Notes: generated by a model from the sequence alone, not told the origin. 58,781 nucleotides of DNA from a bacterium (GCA_010028705.1 RHAI01000004.1:1-58781); one strand, 5' to 3'; shown: positions 1-10,474, numbered from the stretch's first letter. A program made the numbers and translations.

Positions 1-3000
1 GCGCTGGGAATGTCGGTTAAATTAAGTGGGTTAAACTTGGCACCTAGTAATACCGCGGTGGGTGTGTATGTCGCCCCGACAAGTAACAGCAAGACATATT
101 CGGCACTATTCATGGGGGGATCGGTTGGGGTGGGGACTCAGACGCCGGCCAGTACGTTGACTGTTTCAGGAGACCTTCTTGGCACTCGATTGATTCTAGC
201 CAACTCATCGTTTGAGCTTGACTCGATCACGGCAAATATAATACTGGGTACCGGAAGTGGCGTCGTCAGCGTTAATGGGACATTATCACTGGCCTCCGTT
301 GGTCTTCTCCCCTCGTTAATCGCCACTCAAAGCTTGAATGTCGGTTCATTTTCAGCGGTAACCGTCAACCTGACCTCAAATATAAACACCACCTTGAATT
401 CGACTTACATTTCCGGGTGGGTGGGTAAATTTGCGTCGTCCAATGTCAACGGAACGGTGATGCCGGCAAAAATTTTATCCTTTGGAACCGCTCGGGTGAC
501 TGGAAACGTGACACTGACGTCTGGAAATATTAACGTTTCAAAATTATCTGGAATTGCAAATTCCCTGGTGTTAAACGTTTCAACGGCCTCATTCAAAGCG
601 ACGACGGTTAATTTTTATTCGGCGACTCCAAAGGCAATTTTGCTGAAGCCGACATCGAATAAAGTACTTAAAGATATAGGCCTTTTATTTGTTGACTCAA
701 CAAATAATGACAACGAATTGATATACCGATATTCATATTCGAATGGCAGCACCATAACGGCTAATCTATCCAAAGCCATTATGAGTGGATCGCCATATAA
801 TGTTCCTCAGTATGACTCGTCTGGTAGTTTAAGCAGCACGCAGACAGGGGTGGCGGTGACCACTAATTCAGTGGGATCATTTTTTGCCGTCAGTGCTAAT
901 TATTCGTCAAATACCTCCGTAACGACAAATACCTTGAGGTCACTCGTTCAAGTTTCGGCCGAGTCATTAAAGTCGCTTAATGCAGCCAGTATAAATATGA
1001 CATTTGATCGCCGAATTACACCGTCTACCAACGTGTTCATTGGTTCAAATATCAGCATGAGAGGGTTGGGATTATACCGAAAAAGTACGTCCCCAGTCGA
1101 ACGAGATCTGGCTTATGGTCTGTACGTCGATGTGTCACGCGTCCTCGTCGATAGCTCAACGGAATTGCCCACGGATTTGGATCATTCAATAACGGGCAAT
1201 CGGTATGCTGCGGTATTTTTGGCCGACAAAAATCACGACACTAATGGTACGGTTGGAATTTTCTTGAAAAATTATGGGGCCTCGTACAGTACAACCCCGT
1301 CTCCCAATGCACTACTTCATCTATCTGATAAATTTGATTACATAAAAAATGCGGATAATTTATCTGATCAACGCGGCACCTTTAATACTTTGCTCGTTGA
1401 AGTTGGCGGAAGTAATCCCATTGCTAAGGTGTTGACCGTTCGAAGCAACACTCAGTTCGAACAAAATATTGGGATTCCGATTTATAACTATGTCGCGATT
1501 GGAGAGGTGTCCGTAACCACATCACGTTTGGCCGTGAAGGGATTGGCGAATTCTGGTGGGTTATTGTCTGTAAAAAATACCTTAGGCACCTCGTTGCTTG
1601 AAATTGCTACTGCAACTGTTGGAGTTGGCACAGCCAATCCAATGGCTAAATTGCATATTGTCGGTGACGGTACGACTCGGACGACGATTGTATCGGGTAA
1701 TGCTAGTACCTTTGGGATCAACGCGAATGGAATGGTCGGGTTCGGAACGGAGTTGACATATGCTTTGGACGCGATTCGACCGGACAGCTTGAGCACCACG
1801 CCGATAGTACGGATTGCGACGTCGAACCAATCGTCGAGTGAGGTATTAATCGTTAATGAAATGGGACGAGCGGGGATTGGAACTTCAAATGTGTCGGCTG
1901 GGTTTATGGTTAGAAGTATTTATTTGGTAGGGACGGCTAACAATATACCGTCCACTTACAATTACACAAAATATAACAGCGCTGTGTCGACCCGAAGTGC
2001 GGGGTTACTTGTTGCCTCAAACAATCGGTACCTGTTCACTGGGATTAGCGTTGCTCCTGGGTCGACACCTGTTACGTCGAATTTAATCTCGACGGCGTCC
2101 CTGTCGTTATATTCTGATCTTGGAATTGGGATGGTGTTAACCAGTCGATCGGTGGCGATTAGCACCGCCAACGCCAAAGGATTGGTGACTATCGGGGCGT
2201 CTAACTCCGATGTAATGGTTAAATTGACGGGGCGAAATGACTCGAGATTTTTAGTCGATGGAACCGGAGTTGGGATCGGTGGCGTGTCGCCGTTAATGCC
2301 GATGACAGTGTCAGGATCGGTAAGAATATTTGGTAACCCGACCGGTAATCTAGTATCGAGTTTATTAACTTCCACCCTTGTCAATGTTACTTCAGATCAA
2401 AAAACCGCAGTACGTATCGCGGCGACGCTCAGGGAAAAGACCCCCAAAACTCTTCAATCGATTGCGATGAACATCGGGTATGAAGCCACCCGTAATTTGT
2501 CGGGATACTCTTTGAGGCTTGCCACGGCGTCATCCTTGGCGGGCCTTAATAGTACAAACTACTCCTTTAATGGCTTGAATATTGACCTAACAGGATTAAA
2601 CGCATCAGACCCGACATTCGTGGGTGGATCCAAAAATGGGTATAAATATTCGGCCCTATTTAAAGGGGGGCAAGTGGCGATTGGTACGATGAATGCCATT
2701 GGTGATTCGACACAGTTAGTAGTTGCCGCCATGTCACCGACAGGTAGCAAACTCGCAACTGGGGATATGATTCGATTTGTGACCAGTTATAATTCTACTA
2801 CACGCACTCAGCTGACCCTGTCAGTTCAGGATCCGATCCAATTGAAGCATACATATATTGATCCTAATGCGTTTTTTGTCATTAAAGATATCACCTCCGA
2901 CGAGGTCAGGTCTCTTTGTTCTGCATTGACTAACTTAGCAATTGGATTTGTCCCCACCGCTCCCTACTTGGCAACAACGAATGTTTTGGCTGCAACTATT

Positions 3001-4470
3001 GATCCGTTTGTCGGCGTCGTGAATGGCATAAAATATAGCCAAGCAACCGCCATTTTGAGGGCGTCTCGATCGCAACTTCCGTTCCAAATAACAGTCTCAT
3101 CCAACTATTATGGAACAACAGGTCCAAATTACGGCTTGACCATCGTCAATGGCTATAAGGGTGTTACGTCGAACTATGAGTTTTCACCGTGGGCGGGGAC
3201 ATTGTTAATTGGCCACACCATGAGTGTTGTGCCGACAATGGATACGGTGACGGCCTTATCTGTGTCTGGGGATGTTCGGGTTGGCATCGTTACGGGCTCG
3301 GAATTTGCCAGTGATCAAGATGGCGTCGGGAGTAAGTTATATTTTTCGGGCGGGTATTCCTTAATATCTAATATGGATAGTGATAACAAGGATCCAATGT
3401 ATGCGGCACGTTATAACAAACTGTCGAACAATGTGGTCGGCAGCGAATTCCGATTGGCTGTTGGCGAAACTTACCTGAATGCCGCGGCGGCAAAATGGAA
3501 TCTCGGAAGCATCGATAATGTTGCCCCATTTTCAAAAGTTAACACTGTCTTTACGATGGCGATTTCTCCGTATACCGGGAGTACACCTCAAGGCGGTATT
3601 GGTATTGGCACGACGATTCCTCAGGCGGCATTGCATGTATCGGGTAATCAGATTTCACTCTCCAGCAGCCACGCTCGGTCGAACAATTTAATGATAGTGG
3701 AAGCGTCGAAAAACGCTACCTATGCCCTGGCAATAAAGAATCAGGGTACCGCATCTGATGCTAATTTTATCTCGTTTATCTTTAAGAACACTGTCATGGC
3801 AAATGATCCGGCAAACTATCCGACCTATTCTCCAACTGTTGTGGGTGCCATTGAACCCGATGGATCGGGTGGTGTCCAATTTGCCTCACCTGAGGCAGAC
3901 TATTCAGAGTATATAGTTAAAAAAGATAGTCGTGAGACCCTCGAGCCTGGAGACGTCGTTTTTGTAGACCACGGCGCCGTCTCTAGAAAAGGTGGCGATC
4001 AGTCGTCCCGGTTAATGGTTATTAGCACCGCCCCTGTGATTCTTGGAAATTGGGATCCTGAATCCGTGAGCAAAAGCGTTCCTGTAGCGTTTACAGGACA
4101 AGTTCCCATCAAAGTTATTGGCCGGGTATTGGCTGGGGACTACCTTGTTCCTTCAGGTCGAAATGATGGTACTGCCGTGGCATGGAATCCGTCGTCTAAC
4201 GTTTCGTCCCGCCGTATATTTGCGCAAGCATGGGAATCGAGCGATAGAAAAAGTGTTTCTAAAATAAAAGGGTTAATTGGCTTTCCATTTGCGCAGCACG
4301 AAATGGCGAGAAAATATCGGAATATTCAACAAGCCACGACATCAGAAATCGGCCTTTACACTCGCGATACCCTGGCTTTGGAACGAGACCTATTGTCCAA
4401 AGTCATGGCACGTCAGGAACGTATTAACCGACTCCGCGATATACTTAATTCCAAAACTCCCCATAACTGA
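1..4470 (+). CDS. Giant tail-fibre-like repeat surface protein, 5'-partial. The frame is open from nt 1 and the ORF track starts at 10. A C-terminal intramolecular-chaperone-like segment with terminal coiled coil is a tentative call.
   Basis: The protein is rich in S/T/N/G/V. It carries repeated 'GxGTxxPxxxLxVxG' motifs typical of phage tail-fibre and endosialidase-chaperone families, e.g. VGVGTQTPASTLTVSGD (nt 121-174), VGVGTANPMAKLHIVGDG and GIGIGTTIPQAALHVSGNQ. A large module is duplicated (KTYSALFMGGSVGVGT... and YKYSALFKGGQVAIGT...). The C-terminus ends in the coiled coil LALERDLLSKVMARQERINRLRDIL. Confidence 0.55.
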   Translation, partial: ALGMSVKLSGLNLAPSNTAVGVYVAPTSNSKTYSALFMGGSVGVGTQTPASTLTVSGDLLGTRLILANSSFELDSITANIILGTGSGVVSVNGTLSLASVGLLPSLIATQSLNVGSFSAVTVNLTSNINTTLNSTYISGWVGKFASSNVNGTVMPAKILSFGTARVTGNVTLTSGNINVSKLSGIANSLVLNVSTASFKATTVNFYSATPKAILLKPTSNKVLKDIGLLFVDSTNNDNELIYRYSYSNGSTITANLSKAIMSGSPYNVPQYDSSGSLSSTQTGVAVTTNSVGSFFAVSANYSSNTSVTTNTLRSLVQVSAESLKSLNAASINMTFDRRITPSTNVFIGSNISMRGLGLYRKSTSPVERDLAYGLYVDVSRVLVDSSTELPTDLDHSITGNRYAAVFLADKNHDTNGTVGIFLKNYGASYSTTPSPNALLHLSDKFDYIKNADNLSDQRGTFNTLLVEVGGSNPIAKVLTVRSNTQFEQNIGIPIYNYVAIGEVSVTTSRLAVKGLANSGGLLSVKNTLGTSLLEIATATVGVGTANPMAKLHIVGDGTTRTTIVSGNASTFGINANGMVGFGTELTYALDAIRPDSLSTTPIVRIATSNQSSSEVLIVNEMGRAGIGTSNVSAGFMVRSIYLVGTANNIPSTYNYTKYNSAVSTRSAGLLVASNNRYLFTGISVAPGSTPVTSNLISTASLSLYSDLGIGMVLTSRSVAISTANAKGLVTIGASNSDVMVKLTGRNDSRFLVDGTGVGIGGVSPLMPMTVSGSVRIFGNPTGNLVSSLLTSTLVNVTSDQKTAVRIAATLREKTPKTLQSIAMNIGYEATRNLSGYSLRLATASSLAGLNSTNYSFNGLNIDLTGLNASDPTFVGGSKNGYKYSALFKGGQVAIGTMNAIGDSTQLVVAAMSPTGSKLATGDMIRFVTSYNSTTRTQLTLSVQDPIQLKHTYIDPNAFFVIKDITSDEVRSLCSALTNLAIGFVPTAPYLATTNVLAATIDPFVGVVNGIKYSQATAILRASRSQLPFQITVSSNYYGTTGPNYGLTIVNGYKGVTSNYEFSPWAGTLLIGHTMSVVPTMDTVTALSVSGDVRVGIVTGSEFASDQDGVGSKLYFSGGYSLISNMDSDNKDPMYAARYNKLSNNVVGSEFRLAVGETYLNAAAAKWNLGSIDNVAPFSKVNTVFTMAISPYTGSTPQGGIGIGTTIPQAALHVSGNQISLSSSHARSNNLMIVEASKNATYALAIKNQGTASDANFISFIFKNTVMANDPANYPTYSPTVVGAIEPDGSGGVQFASPEADYSEYIVKKDSRETLEPGDVVFVDHGAVSRKGGDQSSRLMVISTAPVILGNWDPESVSKSVPVAFTGQVPIKVIGRVLAGDYLVPSGRNDGTAVAWNPSSNVSSRRIFAQAWESSDRKSVSKIKGLIGFPFAQHEMARKYRNIQQATTSEIGLYTRDTLALERDLLSKVMARQERINRLRDILNSKTPHN

Positions 4471-4584
4471 TCCTCCGGAGTGATTGAACCCAATAGTAGA
4501 AATCCAGTGGATGGCGTCGCTGGTCGGTTATAATCTCGAGGCAGATGTTAAAAAATCTGCATAGGTTGCCGTAATGCCGCTGCG

Positions 4585-5526
4585 TCAATCGATTTTTGGT
4601 TCCCATCCTAAAGTCGCGTTTGCTTTGGATGCGTCGCCAATCAAAAGATCGACCTCCGCTGGGCGGTAATATTTTGCATCGATTGCGACAAGGGTCTTTT
4701 CGTTGGATTGGTCGGTATACTTTTATTGATTGGCTGGCCGCCCATTGGATATTGTATTGATCTCAAGATATTGCAGTGTTTTTTCAACAAATTCACGTGC
4801 GGAGTAGGTTTTCCCAGTCGCGATGACATAATCATCGGCAATCGGTTGTTGGAGCATCAGCCACATGGCCTCTACGTAATCACCAGCAACTCCCCAGTCT
4901 TGCTTGGCGTCTGAATTCCCCAGATACACGGTGGAGGTCAATCCTCGTTTATACTTAACTAACCCTTCGATTATTTTTTTGGTTACAAATCTTCGGCCCC
5001 GTCGAGGACTTTCGTGATTAAATAAAATACCATTGCGGGCAAATAGGTTGTAACTTTCTCGATAGTTTACGGTTATCCAATAGGAATATGCTTTCGCAAC
5101 GGCATAGGGACTTCTCGGATAAGAAGGGGGTTTTTCGGTTTGAGGAAGTTCGACAACCTTTTCATATAATTCGGACGACGATGCCTGATAAAAGCGAGCC
5201 CTGGGGCACTGATTTAAGATCGCATCTAGCAAAGGCGTCGTTCCGATTCCGGTGACGTCTCCTGTATATTCAGGTGTTTCAAAACTAACACTCACATGAA
5301 TTTGGGTGGCTAAATTGGTGATTTCGGTAGGTTGAATATGTTGAAACAACTTGCTGAGTGCGCCGCCATCTTGCAGATCTCTATAATCTAAAAAGAGTGG
5401 TAATCCGTCGTCGTGAATATCATGATAGAGATGATCAATCCCCCTGTTATTAAATGATGATGATCGTCTAATATTTCCGTGAACCTCATATCCTTTATTA
5501 TAGGACTCATTCTGTTCGTGGAAAAC
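4585..5526 (-). pseudogene. gmd: GDP-mannose 4,6-dehydratase (gmd) remnant. It lacks the N-terminal Rossmann start and is frameshifted and deleted at the 3' end.
   Basis: The reverse-strand translation gives GYEVHGNIRRSSSFN...FYQASSSELYE...SPYAVAKAYSYWITVNYRESY...NGILFNHESPRRG, which matches Gmd. An in-frame TAG lies just upstream of the first conserved residues and there is no GxxGxxG start. The C-terminal [31 protein letters not shown] sits in a different frame after a gap and stops early. Confidence 0.7.
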
Positions 5527-5584
5527 TTTTGTATGAACTGACTAAATATTTAATGGACGGAATTCAGGAACAGACGTGAGGGCC

Positions 5585-6826
5585 TCAGTGGTCTAAAAGT
5601 TGAGATGAGGAATATTCACCTTCGATTTTGGATATGACCAACGTAGCAACGGTATTCCCGATTAGGTTGGTCACCGATCTTGCTTCCGACATAAATCGAT
5701 CGATTCCGAGTAAGATGGCGATTCCCTGAACGGGAATGGGCTGACCAGGTAACGAGCTTAATGTTGCCGCTAAGGTAATAAACCCAGATCCAGGTACTGC
5801 GGCTGCCCCCTTTGATGTTAGCATCATTATCCCCAGAACCATCAGAAGTAATTCCCATGTTAAATGGACGTGGTATACCTGCGCAATAAACACTACTGAC
5901 ATTGCAAGATATATTGATGTGCCGTCGAGGTTAAATGAGTATCCCGTTGGCACGATTAAACCGACGGCTGATTTCGAACATCCGGCCGATTCTAATTTGT
6001 CCATCAATGTTGGCAGCACAGTTTCTGAACTCGATGTGCCAATAACAACAAAGATTTCATCTTTGATGTACTTAATAATCTTTAAAATGCTAAATCCGTA
6101 AAATCTGGCGACCGACCCTAGTACTAAAACAACAAACAGGATCATCGTCATGTAACCACACGCCGCTAACTTGGCTAGGGGAAGTATCGACTGAACCCCG
6201 AATTTTCCGACCGTATACGCCATTGAACCAAACACTGCGATTGGGGATAAGCGCATGATGATTCCGACTATTGTAAAAAATACTTTATTAAATTGATTTA
6301 ATGCGGATACAACTTGATTTGCTTTTGAGCCTACTTGAGCCAAAGCGAGTCCAAACAGAATAGCAAAAACGAGTACCGGCAGCATGTCGCCAGATGCTAG
6401 GGCCCCGAGCGCGTTGTCAGGAACCATTCCAATTAAAAAATCAGAAAATGTTTCGTGCTTAACTTGTGATGTATATTTTGAGATATCGACATTTTCAATA
6501 CTAGATATGTGGAAATTTTTTCCTGGGCCGACGAAATGAACTACCACGATACCGATCGCCATGGCCAAAGTTGTCATGATTTCGAAATATATGAACGCTT
6601 TGCCACCGATTCGGCTCAATTTCTTCATGCTTTCCATTGTGCCAATACCAATTGATATGGTGCAAAATACAATTGGAATGATCACCATTTTTATTAACCG
6701 GATGAAAATGTCGCCAAGTACTTTGAGGTTCACTGCTGCGGACGGGAAAAAGATACCGAACGCGATTCCTAAAACAAGTGAAAGGAGGACGTAAAGAGTG
6801 AGTTTTTTTGGGTTTGTTATTTTCAT
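5585..6826 (-). CDS. gltP: Dicarboxylate/amino acid:cation symporter (DAACS/GltP family)
   Basis: 413 aa. The N-terminus LGIAFGIFFP...LKVLGDIFIRLIKMVIIPIVFCTISIGI and the multi-TM architecture are typical of GltP/DctA. Confidence 0.8.
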   Translation of the reverse strand: MKITNPKKLTLYVLLSLVLGIAFGIFFPSAAVNLKVLGDIFIRLIKMVIIPIVFCTISIGIGTMESMKKLSRIGGKAFIYFEIMTTLAMAIGIVVVHFVGPGKNFHISSIENVDISKYTSQVKHETFSDFLIGMVPDNALGALASGDMLPVLVFAILFGLALAQVGSKANQVVSALNQFNKVFFTIVGIIMRLSPIAVFGSMAYTVGKFGVQSILPLAKLAACGYMTMILFVVLVLGSVARFYGFSILKIIKYIKDEIFVVIGTSSSETVLPTLMDKLESAGCSKSAVGLIVPTGYSFNLDGTSIYLAMSVVFIAQVYHVHLTWELLLMVLGIMMLTSKGAAAVPGSGFITLAATLSSLPGQPIPVQGIAILLGIDRFMSEARSVTNLIGNTVATLVISKIEGEYSSSQLLDH

Positions 6827-6854
6827 GGTGAGCTGGCAATTCTATCGATATAGT

Positions 6855-7877
6855 TCAGGTGATGCAAGGCGTTAAAATTGAGGCGTGTAGTTTGGAACGA
6901 TCCTGTAACTTTGGCATTGATTTCATCAAGGACTGGCGATAATGCTCAATATTGTCGTCGAGTTCGATAATTCCATTCGAGATCGATTCAATTGGTTGAG
7001 TAAATCGTAAATCAACGCAAAGTTGGCCCAGTTCGGTTGCAATGGCGGCAACTTTGGCGTCATAGGCGATAGCGATGAATGGAATCCCATTTAAAGCGGC
7101 CCAAATGCAGGCATGATATCTCATGGCTACAACCATTTTGGGGGGTGTCCATCCCAGAGGAAGGTGTGGAAACGAGTGGTTTAGTGACGTTATTTGCTCG
7201 GTTGGCAATCCTAACGCCGACGTGGCGATTCGATCGTCGGGTTCCTGTAAGCTGATCCCAATCATTCGGGTTTTATAGGTGGAAATCGCATGTGCTAACG
7301 GTGCAAGTGTTATGGAGTGGTAGGGTCGCGCTGATACGGCGATTCGATCGGAATAATGGGAATGTATTGATACAGTTCGGCTATATATCGCGAGATCTGA
7401 GGCGGTATGAAGGTGCAAATTTCGTGATATTCGGGTTGCGAGTTGCGTCGATTCGAGGTCTCGGCAGGTGACGGCGGTTGCCGAATTAATACAATACTGG
7501 AGCATTAGATGGCCGATACGGGTGCGTGGGGGCGAGAATCCATGGCCCAACAATACAATTTTTCGTCGATGAAACCGTGAGAGCGCGATAATGGCTGTGT
7601 AATAAATTAGGCTTTTTAGCGACGTGTGGTCTTGAAATAAACTACCTCCCCCGAATATCACAATGTCGCACGCTTGAATACTTTTGATGAGTTGACTTAC
7701 AGAAAATCGGTCGATGAATTTGAAAGTCTTTGATTCCTTGATCGGATTGTTTGGGCCCATTCCAATAGTTATTTGGGCGTCTGAGTCGACACTTAAGAGC
7801 AATGTTAGAGTTTGACGGAGTAAATCGTCGTCGCCGGTATTTTTATAACCAAAATATCCGACGACGAAATAGCGCAT
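6855..7877 (-). CDS. Polysaccharide pyruvyl transferase family protein (CsaB-like)
   Basis: 340 aa. The N-terminal GYFGYKNTGDDDLL motif and the overall PS_pyruv_trans pattern support the call. Confidence 0.65.
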   Translation of the reverse strand: MRYFVVGYFGYKNTGDDDLLRQTLTLLLSVDSDAQITIGMGPNNPIKESKTFKFIDRFSVSQLIKSIQACDIVIFGGGSLFQDHTSLKSLIYYTAIIALSRFHRRKIVLLGHGFSPPRTRIGHLMLQYCINSATAVTCRDLESTQLATRISRNLHLHTASDLAIYSRTVSIHSHYSDRIAVSARPYHSITLAPLAHAISTYKTRMIGISLQEPDDRIATSALGLPTEQITSLNHSFPHLPLGWTPPKMVVAMRYHACIWAALNGIPFIAIAYDAKVAAIATELGQLCVDLRFTQPIESISNGIIELDDNIEHYRQSLMKSMPKLQDRSKLHASILTPCIT

Positions 7878-9009
7878 TAGCGATATCGGATCATGTGGTG
7901 TTTAAGTCGTTGAATGGCTTCCGATAGACGGGCTTCTGTGGTTGTAATGGAGATGCGGAAAAAGCCTTCCCCGAACTTACCATACCCACTTCCTGGAACG
8001 ACCAGGATTCCGGTTTGTTCAAGCAAGTCGATTGTGAACTGTTCAGATGTTTTGCCTTGGGGTACGGGGGCCCAAATGTAAAATGTCGCCTTAGGCTTAG
8101 CGAGGTTCCATCCAAGTTCATTGAGGCCATCCACAATAATGTCGCGGCGGTGTTGGTAAATTCTATTTTGTTTTTCGATAAAGTCGTTCGGATGTCTGAG
8201 TGCGGGGATAACCGCTTCCTGAATTGCTTTAAAAATTCCGGAGCTTCTGTATTTCCAACCGCCATTCCAATCCGCCAACCGGTCATATTGAACGTTTTGG
8301 ATAGGGTATGAAATTCGATTGCCACATCTTTTCCCCCTGGAAATTCCAAGATGCTGCGGGGACGCTGACCCTCAAAATAGACCTCCGAATATGCGAGGTC
8401 CATACAAATCAGGATATTGTGCGTTTTTGCAAATGCAATCGCCCGTTCGTAAAAGGCATCGCTCGCAATGGCTCCGGTTGGGTTACTGGGGTAATTAAGA
8501 AATAGGATTTTGGCTTTCGATAATATGTCCGATGGAATTTTATCAAGTTCAGGCTCGTAGTTCGTTTCCGCGGTGGCCGGGACAGAATAGGGAATCGCCC
8601 CAGCGATCAGCGCGTTAACATGGTAGGCTGGGTATCCTGGATCGGGTAATAGAGCGATATCTCCTGGGTCAAGGAATGCGAGAAATGAATGCGCGATGCC
8701 CTCTTTCGATCCGATCAAGGAGATCACTTCGCTGGATGGATCAAGTGTTACCCCAAATCGTGTCCTAAACCATTCACTGACGGCCGTACGAAACGCGAGA
8801 GTCCCTTCGTAAGGGGGATAATTGTGATTTTCAGGTTTCCGAATCGAGCGAGCCATCTCGTCGATAATAAAATCCGGTGTTGGTAAGTCAGGATCTCCAA
8901 TTCCCAGGTCAATGATATCGATTCCCTTTGCCCGAGCTTCCGCCTTCTTTTTGTCGATCTGAGCAAACAGGTAGGGTGGGATTTTTTTTACTCGCTCTGA
9001 TAACTGCAT
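7877..9009 (-). pseudogene. dapL: PLP-dependent aminotransferase, LL-diaminopimelate aminotransferase-like (dapL-type). The frame breaks near nt 8262-8275.
   Basis: Residues 1-~245 (ORF 7891..9009) match class-I aminotransferases (KIPPYLFAQID..., HTLSKTFNMTGWRIGMAVGN). After that the ORF reads nonsense. The true C-terminus (KYRSSGIFKAIQEAVIPAL...) lies in another frame (ORF 7877..8278). Only ~8 nt separate the conserved GN and SGIF blocks, where ~13 codons are expected. That implies a frameshift plus a small deletion. The gene is adjacent to dapF. Confidence 0.65.
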
Positions 9010-9055
9010 TAGTGAACTCCTTGATTTTGTAGGGTATGAATATTTAGGGCAGATT

Positions 9056-9904
9056 TTAGTAGTGGATTACTCCGGAATAAACGGTTTTAGCTGGACCCGT
9101 CATCATGACATGGTTCGTGGGGATGTCCCATTCAATAATTAATGGACCTCCAGGTAGGTGAATGGTTGCCTTTCGGTCAAGTTGCCCCGTAATGACCCCT
9201 GCGACTAATACGGCACATGCCCCGGTACCACAGGCTAGTGTTTCTCCCGCCCCGCGTTCCCACACCCGCATTACGGCGGAATCCCGTGATTTAATCGCGA
9301 CAAATTCAGTGTTGGTACGCTCGGGAAATTCCGGTGCAGATTCGATTAATGGGCCGATTGCTCCTAAGTTAATCAGGGCAGGGTTTTCTGAAAAAATAAC
9401 AAAATGCGGGTTGCCCATCGAAACAGCCGTTCCGTTAAACTTGTGACCGTTAACGATGATTTCTCTTAAAATGCTTTGCTGATTCTCGGGTCCCTGAATG
9501 GGGATTTGGTGATTCAAAAGTCGAGGCTCTCCCATGTCTACCTTCACTAGTGTCGAATCTGGGCCCTCTGAAATTGTCGGGACAATTGTCCCGGCCAATG
9601 TCTCCACTGTAAAGGTGGTTTGACTGACTAAGTTCTCATCCATTACGAACTTTGCAAGGCATCGAATTCCGTTTCCGCACATTTGCGGTTCGGATCCATC
9701 GGAATTGATTATGGTCATTTTTAGATTATTGGTTGCTGACGATTCCACTACGATTATGCCATCAGCGCCGATGCCGAAGTGGCGATGGCACCATTCCGGC
9801 GCCAGTGACCGGATAGTCTCAAGGTCTACTGAGTTTGAAACGCCGTCTATCAGTACAAAATCGTTTCCAAGTCCGTGTAATTTAGTGAATTTGATCGTTC
9901 TCAT
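9056..9904 (-). CDS. dapF: Diaminopimelate epimerase
   Basis: 282 aa. The N-terminal KLHGLGNDFVLID and two catalytic Cys regions (MCGNGIRC, ACGTGACA) support the call. Confidence 0.9.
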   Translation of the reverse strand: MRTIKFTKLHGLGNDFVLIDGVSNSVDLETIRSLAPEWCHRHFGIGADGIIVVESSATNNLKMTIINSDGSEPQMCGNGIRCLAKFVMDENLVSQTTFTVETLAGTIVPTISEGPDSTLVKVDMGEPRLLNHQIPIQGPENQQSILREIIVNGHKFNGTAVSMGNPHFVIFSENPALINLGAIGPLIESAPEFPERTNTEFVAIKSRDSAVMRVWERGAGETLACGTGACAVLVAGVITGQLDRKATIHLPGGPLIIEWDIPTNHVMMTGPAKTVYSGVIHY

Positions 9905-10184
9905 ATGCTTCAGAAGGATATTCGTTTTTTTGAGCTGTTTTAAATTTAAAAATATCGATGTTTTATAATTTTAAAATCGTGGAAAATACGGGTCAGCACA
10001 AAACGTGCCGGGAATCTTGATATCGTTAGTATTGGCTGTAGTTCTGAATAATGGATTAACCATATTTGACGGGCATACTACGGATGCAGTCGTCAGCATT
10101 GGCCATTCAGAAACATGCGAAATATTCGATACAATATTCTTTTTGATATATCCGATTCTCTAGATCACAACCGTCCGAAGAATG

Positions 10185-10191
10185 AAAGGAG
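10185..10191 (+). promoter_or_regulatory. Consensus Shine-Dalgarno sequence (AAAGGAG) 9 nt upstream of the ATG at 10201
   Basis: Seen directly in the sequence. An AT-rich region lies upstream (9905-10180), with a possible -10 TACAAT at 10130-10135. Confidence 0.6.
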
Positions 10192-10200
10192 CCCCTCAAA

Positions 10201-10467
10201 ATGGCTGATGTAAATTTAGATTATGCAAACGATCGTACAACTGCAGCGAAAGATGCGGGAGATACGTATACTACCTCAATGGAGAGCATCCGCAATACTA
10301 TTGCAGCCGACTCAGGCTCAGGTACCTCGCTAGGTGTCATGGTTCAGTCTCAGCTACAAATTACTGAAGCAGAAACAATGTACCAAGTTAAGCAAGGTAT
10401 TCCTAATAACGTATCCAAGGCTGTTAAAACAGCGGCGGCCGCTGTTAAGCAAACCGCAGGGTCTTAG
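10201..10467 (+). CDS. Small 88-aa helical protein of unknown function. It is the first gene of a novel operon and is likely highly expressed.
   Basis: The gene has a strong SD and a perfect intrinsic terminator immediately downstream. No signal peptide or TM segment is present. The C-terminal half (MVQSQLQITEAETMYQVKQGIPNNVSKAVKTAAAAVKQ) is helical-looking and has no confident family match. Confidence 0.6.
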   Translation: MADVNLDYANDRTTAAKDAGDTYTTSMESIRNTIAADSGSGTSLGVMVQSQLQITEAETMYQVKQGIPNNVSKAVKTAAAAVKQTAGS

Positions 10468-10474
10468 TGTTGTA

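Noticed and set aside
138-2750. Several 60-140-aa minus-strand ORFs (138..326, 405..596, 1488..1799, 1582..1830, 1962..2384, 2559..2750) inside the giant plus-strand gene
   Set aside because: They are antisense to a long, compositionally coherent ORF. They have no RBS or recognisable motifs and are typical shadow ORFs.
7891-8262. The distal third of the 372-aa aminotransferase ORF (…TEAPEFLKQFRKRLSPHSD…)
   Set aside because: It reads as nonsense when compared with the family. The genuine C-terminus is in the other frame (7877..8278). It is treated as a post-frameshift artefact rather than coding sequence.
10201-10467. T3SS needle protein (YscF/PrgI/MxiH) identity for the 88-aa protein
   Set aside because: The length and helical character fit. 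However, it lacks the central P-x-x-P turn and the conserved C-terminal (I/V)xxNF motif of needle proteins, so it is not called as such.
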